From positions 27,407-91,406 of the forward strand of contig JBHIAH010000004.1 of NCBI GenBank assembly GCA_046758505.1: a stretch of DNA of 64,000 nucleotides. Reading direction: 5' to 3'. Position 1 is the first letter of the stretch, and every line of letters begins with the position of its first letter. Positions 58,629 to 64,000 of this stretch are shown here, piece after piece. Under the pieces are notes generated by a model. The model had not been told where the DNA came from. It did not search any database and worked only from the letters and a program-made list of their open reading frames with translations. The position numbers and the translations under genes are program-made. The DNA is from Candidatus Methylomirabilales bacterium. GTDB taxonomy: Bacteria; Methylomirabilota; Methylomirabilia; Methylomirabilales; CSP1-5.

Positions 58629-60329
58629 TCACAGGACGGACGGTTCAATGTATTCCCCCCACGCCTCCCGAAGGACCCCCATGATCTCTCCGAGGGTCGC
58701 GTAGGCCCGGACCGCATCCAGGATCTTCGGCATCAGCAGGTCTCGATCCCACGGGTCCTTCCCCTCGGCCGCCCTGCGGAGCGCATCCAGCGTCCGTTCG
58801 ACCCGGCCGGTATCGCGCCGTCTTTTCAGATGGTGCATCTGCTCCAACTGGCGGTGCGCAGCCTCCTCCGGGTTGATCTGGAGCAAGGGGATCGACTCCC
58901 CCCCTAGGGCGGCGAACCGGTTGACCCCGACCACGACCCTTTCGCTCGCTTCGACGGCCTGCTGATACCGATACGAGGCATCGGCGATCTCCTGTTGCGG
59001 AAACCCCTTCTCGACCGCCCGCACCATCCCCCCCAGATCATCGATCTTGTGGAGATAGGTCCATACCGCCTCCTCGATCTCCCTGGTCAGGCTTTCGACA
59101 AAGAACGACCCCCCCACGGGATCGATGGTGTCGGTCACGCCCGTCTCGTGGGCGATGATCTGTTGGGTTCGCAGGGCAATTGTGGCCGCCTCTTCGGTCG
59201 GGAGCGCCAGTGTCTCGTCTAGGGCATTGGTATGAAGCGACTGTGCTCCCCCGAGGATCGCCGCCAGGGCCTGGATCGCCACCCGGACGACATTATTATA
59301 CGGCTGCTGGGCCGTCAGGGCGCACCCCGCCGTCTGCGCGTGGGTCCGGAGCAGCCAGGCTCGCGGATCGGCGGCCCCGTACCGCTCTCGCATGATCCTG
59401 GCCCAAACACGCCTCGCGGCGCGAAACTTGGCGATCTCCTCAAAGAAATCATTGTGGACGTTAAAGAAGAAAGAGAGGCGAGGCGCAAAGCTATCCGGGG
59501 GGAGCCCCGCCTTCATCGTTGCCTCGACATACGCCATCCCGTCGGCCAAAGTAAACGCCAGCTCCTGGATCGCCGTGGCGCCTGCCTCCCGGATGTGATA
59601 GCCGCTGATACTGATGGGATGCCACCGGGGGAGATGCCGGGCCCCGAAGAGGACCGTGTCCACCACGAGGCGCATGGACGGCTCGAGGGGGAACACATAC
59701 TCCTTCTGCGCGATGAACTCCTTGAGAATGTCGTTTTGCAGGGTGCCGCCGATGCGGTCATAGGGGACCCCTTGTTTTTCGCAGACCGCCAGATACATCG
59801 CCCAGAGAACCGCTGCGGGCGAGTTGATGGTCATCGAGGTGGTCACGCCACCCAGGGGGATGCGGTCGAACAGGGTCTCCATGTCCGCCAAAGAGTCAAT
59901 GGCCACCCCGCACTTTCCCACCTCGCCGCGGGCCATGGGATGGTCGGAGTCGTACCCCATGAGCGTCGGCAGATCAAAGGCCACCGACAGACCGGTCTGC
60001 CCCTGCTCCAACAGATAGGTGAACCGTCGATTCGTTTCCTCGGGGGTCCCGTAGCCCCCGAACATGCGCATGGTCCAGAGCTTGCCGCGATACATGGTCG
60101 GATAGACTCCCCGCGTAAAGGGATAATCGCCCGGGAACCCCAGGTCGCGGGCATAGTCGAAGTCGGAGAGATCCAGAGGCGTATAGAGCCGTCGAATGGG
60201 ATGCCAGGACACCGTACTGAACTCGCGCGCCCGCTCGGGGACCCTCGCCAGCGCGGGATGGAGGGTCTGCTCCTCCCATGACTTTCCTGCCGCCTCGACC
60301 CCCTTCATTGCGTCTCCATCACTCGCCAT
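58629..60329 (-). CDS. Acyl-CoA mutase large subunit (isobutyryl-CoA mutase type)
   Basis: [40 protein letters not shown]; no B12 domain. Confidence 0.88.
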   Translation of the reverse strand: MASDGDAMKGVEAAGKSWEEQTLHPALARVPERAREFSTVSWHPIRRLYTPLDLSDFDYARDLGFPGDYPFTRGVYPTMYRGKLWTMRMFGGYGTPEETNRRFTYLLEQGQTGLSVAFDLPTLMGYDSDHPMARGEVGKCGVAIDSLADMETLFDRIPLGGVTTSMTINSPAAVLWAMYLAVCEKQGVPYDRIGGTLQNDILKEFIAQKEYVFPLEPSMRLVVDTVLFGARHLPRWHPISISGYHIREAGATAIQELAFTLADGMAYVEATMKAGLPPDSFAPRLSFFFNVHNDFFEEIAKFRAARRVWARIMRERYGAADPRAWLLRTHAQTAGCALTAQQPYNNVVRVAIQALAAILGGAQSLHTNALDETLALPTEEAATIALRTQQIIAHETGVTDTIDPVGGSFFVESLTREIEEAVWTYLHKIDDLGGMVRAVEKGFPQQEIADASYRYQQAVEASERVVVGVNRFAALGGESIPLLQINPEEAAHRQLEQMHHLKRRRDTGRVERTLDALRRAAEGKDPWDRDLLMPKILDAVRAYATLGEIMGVLREAWGEYIEPSVL

Positions 60330-60387
60330 CGAATGCTCTCCTCCGCCCGGTCGAAAGCCTCCTCGGCCTTGTGACCTTCCAAAGCGG

Positions 60388-61311
60388 TCACCCGTATCGG
60401 GAAACGGTTCTGACGGCGTTCTCCGGCACTGGCCCCGGGAAGAGTTCCGGATGGACCAGGTGGGCCAGGACCTCTATTCCCTCCACCAGACGGGGCCCGG
60501 ATCGACTGTACAAGGCGTGCCCATTCACGGCAAACACCCGGCCGCACCGCACCGCGGGGAGCCCAGCCCAGCCCGGGAGTCCGGTCAGGAGGTGGATTTC
60601 GCCGAGAACCCGTTCCACGCTGAAGCCGCAGGGCATCAGAATCAGGACCGCCGGGGCAGCGGAGAGCACCTGCTCCCATGCGACGCGTCGGGAGGGCGCC
60701 CCAGGATTTCCCAGGACCTCGGTCCCTCCCGCCAGGGCGACCATCTCGGGGATCCAGTGTCCCGAAACCATCACGGGATCGAGCCACTCCAGGCACACGA
60801 CCGTGGGCCGGGTTGGGGCCTTCGCCGCCCCCTGCGTGACACGCTCGATCCGCGCCTGAAGCGATGCGACAACTTTCTCCGCCTCTCCGAGGCGTCCCGT
60901 GGCTTCCCCGACCCGCGAGACATCGGTCAGCACATCGTCGAAGCATTGCGGATCGAGGGAAAGGATCTCCGGTTTTCGCAGAAGGGTTGCCGCCGCCGCC
61001 ACGACCTCCCGGTACGGGGCCGCACACACCTCGCAAAGCTCCTGGGTCAGGATCAGATCGGGATCGGCCGCCTCCAGGGCCTCGCGATCGATCCGATAGA
61101 TCCCCTCACCACGTTCCAGAAACGTCCTGACCCGTGTGTCAATTTCCCGGCTGGTCGACCCAGAACTCGCGATCGCCGACTTGATGATCTTGGGCTTGCC
61201 ACGGGCCGCCGGGGGGTAATCACACTCGTGACTCACCCCGACGAGCTGCTCTCCCAATCCTAGCAGATACACGATCTCGGTCGCACTAGGCAATAAAGAG
61301 ACGACCCGCAT
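60388..61311 (-). CDS. BtuF-like cobalamin-binding protein lacking a signal peptide
   Basis: Starts [13 protein letters not shown]; [23 protein letters not shown]. Confidence 0.85.
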   Translation of the reverse strand: MRVVSLLPSATEIVYLLGLGEQLVGVSHECDYPPAARGKPKIIKSAIASSGSTSREIDTRVRTFLERGEGIYRIDREALEAADPDLILTQELCEVCAAPYREVVAAAATLLRKPEILSLDPQCFDDVLTDVSRVGEATGRLGEAEKVVASLQARIERVTQGAAKAPTRPTVVCLEWLDPVMVSGHWIPEMVALAGGTEVLGNPGAPSRRVAWEQVLSAAPAVLILMPCGFSVERVLGEIHLLTGLPGWAGLPAVRCGRVFAVNGHALYSRSGPRLVEGIEVLAHLVHPELFPGPVPENAVRTVSRYG

Positions 61312-61328
61312 GCCCCACCTCCGGTGGG

Positions 61329-61400
61329 GGTTCAGCGTTCAGGGTTGAAAGAATGCTTCGGTCTCTTCGACAGACCATGAACCGTGAACTATGAACCATC
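61329..61400. repeat. Inverted GTTCA/TGAAC heptamer element
   Basis: GGTTCAG-CGTTCAG-GGTTGAA on the left; ATGAACC-GTGAACT-ATGAACC on the right, abutting the upstream gene's stop codon. Confidence 0.75.
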
Positions 61401-63372
61401 ACAGGGCGCGCACCACCAGCTCGGCCAGGTCCAAGGCCTTGACCGCCTGGCTCTTCCCGCGCACCGTGATCCCATCCGTCATCATGGTCAGGCAAAAGGG
61501 GCAGGCGGTGGCCACGACGGCCGCGCCGGTTCGTAAGAACTCATCCGTCCGCTCCAGATTCACGCGCCTGCCGATCCGCTCCTCGACCCACATCAAGCCG
61601 CCCCCCGCCCCACAGCAAAATCCTTGCTCGCGGCATCTGGGCATCTCCCTCTGCTGCAGGCCCGGAAAGTGATCAATCACCGACCGGGGCTCATCGTAGA
61701 TGCCGTTGTGGCGGCCCAGATAGCAGGGATCATGAAAGCTTACCGTCCCGCTAAACCGCTTCCGCAGGCCCAGGTGCCCCTCGCGCAGCAGGTGGGCAAT
61801 GAATTGGCTGTGATGGACAACCTCGAACGTTCCGCCGAACTGGGGATACTCGTGCCTGAGCGTATTAAAACAGTGGGGGCAGGTGGTCAGGATCTTTTTC
61901 ACCTGGTACCGACCCAGGGTCGTAATGTTCTCCTGGGCCAGGAGTTGAAAGAGATACTCATTCCCAATCCGTCTGGCCGGATCTCCGGTGCACCGCTCTT
62001 CGTTGCCGAGGATGGCAAACTCGACCCCTGCCGCCTCCAACACCCGTACCATCGCCCGCGTCACCTGCTGGCCGCGCTCGTCAAAGGCACCCGCGCAGCC
62101 GACCCAGTACAGGAGGTCTACCTCCCCGAGCTTTGCCGCCTCGGGAATCCGAAGGCCTTTTGCCCAGTCGGTCCGTCCGGCACTCACCCCCTTATAGGGG
62201 TGCCCCCGCGTCTCCAGGTTCCTGAGGGTCTCCTGCATCTGTTCCGGGAATCTCGCCTCCTCCATCACCAGGTGACGGCGCATATCCAGGATCTTGGGGA
62301 TCGGTTCGATGAGGACCGGACACGCCTGATGACAGGCCCCACACGTCGTGCAGGACCAGAGGACATCCTCGGCGATCACCTCGCCAACCATGCGCCGCGT
62401 CTCCTCGCCGCGGTGGACCTTGATCAGATGGTCCCGCAGGTCGAGGATGACTCCCTTCGGCGTGAGGGGCTTCGCCGTGGCCCAGGCGGGACAGGCAGCC
62501 TGGCATCGCCCGCATTCGGTGCAGGCATAGAGATCCAAGAGGGCCTTCCACGAAAAATCCTGGATCGTAGAGGCCCCCAGTCGCTCTTCCTCGACGGCCA
62601 GCGGCGCCAGGATGCCGGAGGGCTCGAGGTTTCGAAGGAAGATGTTGACGGGAGCGGCCAGGAGATGAAAGACGCCCGTATACGGAATGGCTGCCACGAA
62701 ACCAAAGGAAAGCGCGGCGTGCACCCACCAGAGGACCTGGTGAAAGGCCCGGGCATACTCGACCCCCACCCCCCGGAAGAGGAGAGCCGCAAACCACCCG
62801 CCGGGGGAAAAGGGCCCCCAGGGATCAGCGGTCGCCTCAATTCGGAGCCCCTCCACGAGGAATCCGGTCACCAGAACCGCTAAGAACAAGAGGAGGAGCC
62901 ACCCGAACCCGTCAGATCCCCGGGGCTCCACGAGACGAGCGGGGGGGCGAAGGAACCGCCGGGCAACAGCCATGAGGGTCCCGAGGACGGCTGCCACGCC
63001 GAAGAGATCCACGGTGAGGGACATGAAGTAGAGATAGAAAGGGCCCTCGAGGACCGGGAGGCCAAAATACTCCTCGAAGGCCACGAGGGTGGTGGCAACA
63101 AACAAGATCAGAAATCCCCAGGAGAGGGTGAGATGCATGAGGCCTGCATATCTCTCCTGGGCAATCCGCCGCTGCAAGAAGGCCTGCTCCGTCAGGGCCT
63201 TCAGGCGGCCTTTCAAGCGACCGATCCGCACCCCTCGTGTGCCGAGCAGGAGGGCTCCCCAGACGCGATAGCAGCCGTACAGGAAAACGGCGAGGAAAGG
63301 GAGGAACAGGATGTACAGGAACAGGTGCTCTGGAATGTTCCAGTAGATCTCCCGCCCCGGCAACTGTTGCAT
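61399..63372 (-). CDS. Membrane-bound Fe-S oxidoreductase (FadF/HdrD-like, probable ETF:quinone oxidoreductase)
   Basis: N-terminal TM helices with His residues, two CxxCxxCxxxC motifs, CCG domains (TTCPHC, HDPCY, CCGAGGG, ACPFC); follows etfA. Confidence 0.88.
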   Translation of the reverse strand: MQQLPGREIYWNIPEHLFLYILFLPFLAVFLYGCYRVWGALLLGTRGVRIGRLKGRLKALTEQAFLQRRIAQERYAGLMHLTLSWGFLILFVATTLVAFEEYFGLPVLEGPFYLYFMSLTVDLFGVAAVLGTLMAVARRFLRPPARLVEPRGSDGFGWLLLLFLAVLVTGFLVEGLRIEATADPWGPFSPGGWFAALLFRGVGVEYARAFHQVLWWVHAALSFGFVAAIPYTGVFHLLAAPVNIFLRNLEPSGILAPLAVEEERLGASTIQDFSWKALLDLYACTECGRCQAACPAWATAKPLTPKGVILDLRDHLIKVHRGEETRRMVGEVIAEDVLWSCTTCGACHQACPVLIEPIPKILDMRRHLVMEEARFPEQMQETLRNLETRGHPYKGVSAGRTDWAKGLRIPEAAKLGEVDLLYWVGCAGAFDERGQQVTRAMVRVLEAAGVEFAILGNEERCTGDPARRIGNEYLFQLLAQENITTLGRYQVKKILTTCPHCFNTLRHEYPQFGGTFEVVHHSQFIAHLLREGHLGLRKRFSGTVSFHDPCYLGRHNGIYDEPRSVIDHFPGLQQREMPRCREQGFCCGAGGGLMWVEERIGRRVNLERTDEFLRTGAAVVATACPFCLTMMTDGITVRGKSQAVKALDLAELVVRAL

Positions 63373-63375
63373 AGT

Positions 63376-64000
63376 CTACTCCCCCATCAACGCCCGGCAC
63401 TTGGCGATCAAAGGGGGGAGGACGGCCTTGTAATCACCCACGATCCCCAGGTGAGCCACCTTGAAGATGGGGGCTTCTGGATCTGAATTAATGGCCACGA
63501 TCGTCTTGGCGCCCGTGATCCCGGCCACATGCTGGGTGGCCCCGGAAATGCCCACCGCAATGTACAGATCGGGGCTCACCGTTTTTCCGGTCTGCCCCAC
63601 CTGCATGGAGGAGGGAACCCATCCGGCATCGGTGGCAGCCCGAGATGCGCCCACCGCTCCCTTGAGGAGCCGGGCCAGTTCCACCAGCAGGTTGAAATCC
63701 TCGGGGCCCCCGAGTCCCCGACCGCCCGAGACCACCGCTGGCGCGTCCTCGAGCTTCACGCCCGTGGATTCCTCCTGCACCCGCTCCACCAGGCGGGTGC
63801 GGGCCAGACCGGGATTTAGGGGAACCTCTACCGAAATTTCCTTCCCCTGCTCTTCGCCCGCCGGCGCCGCCGGGTCGAAGGTCCGCGGCTTCACGGTCAC
63901 CACCACCGGGAAGGTTCTTGGCACCATGGTGGCCATGGCCTTCCCCCCGTACGCCTGGCGGTGAAAGCGGGGAATCTTGTCTGCCTCCGCCACGTCCATG
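63376..64000 (-). CDS. etfA: Electron transfer flavoprotein alpha subunit (5' part outside window)
   Basis: VVSGGRG, GASRAA, QVGQTGK, AVGISGATQH, AIN.DPEAPIF. Confidence 0.95.
   Translation of the reverse strand, partial: MDVAEADKIPRFHRQAYGGKAMATMVPRTFPVVVTVKPRTFDPAAPAGEEQGKEISVEVPLNPGLARTRLVERVQEESTGVKLEDAPAVVSGGRGLGGPEDFNLLVELARLLKGAVGASRAATDAGWVPSSMQVGQTGKTVSPDLYIAVGISGATQHVAGITGAKTIVAINSDPEAPIFKVAHLGIVGDYKAVLPPLIAKCRALMGE

Overview
GC-rich bacterial chromosomal window, mostly housekeeping. Gene order (ihf-merR-tRNA-Pro-surE-pcm, recA-pilT-recX-alaS, aroA-cmk-plsC-rpsA-sppA-ihfB) resembles Deltaproteobacteria/Nitrospirota/Methylomirabilota-type genomes; this taxonomy is an impression only. 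Genes run on + up to about 16.7 kb and almost all on - after that. A 28-bp dif-like Xer site (16727-16754) sits at the switch, so this is probably the replication terminus. Left arm: peptide ABC transporter, miaB, SPOR protein, HU/IHF, MerR, three tRNAs, surE, pcm, acylphosphatase and apt. It also holds two small accessory islets: an ExeA-like ATPase bracketed by a duplicated tRNA-Pro 5' end, and an XRE/PilZ islet before tRNA-Arg. Right arm: translation, branched-chain amino acid and lipid genes, an orphan class III nucleotide cyclase followed by HIT and DUF151 genes, and PHA-related genes. It ends in a B12/acyl-CoA cluster whose mutase carries isobutyryl-CoA-mutase-type residues, with MeaB, a CoA-transferase, ETF and a membrane Fe-S oxidoreductase. 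Other oddities are six intergenic inverted heptamer-repeat elements, a probable CTG start for holA, and a leader uORF before ilvB. All calls come from reading motifs by eye; no database search was run.
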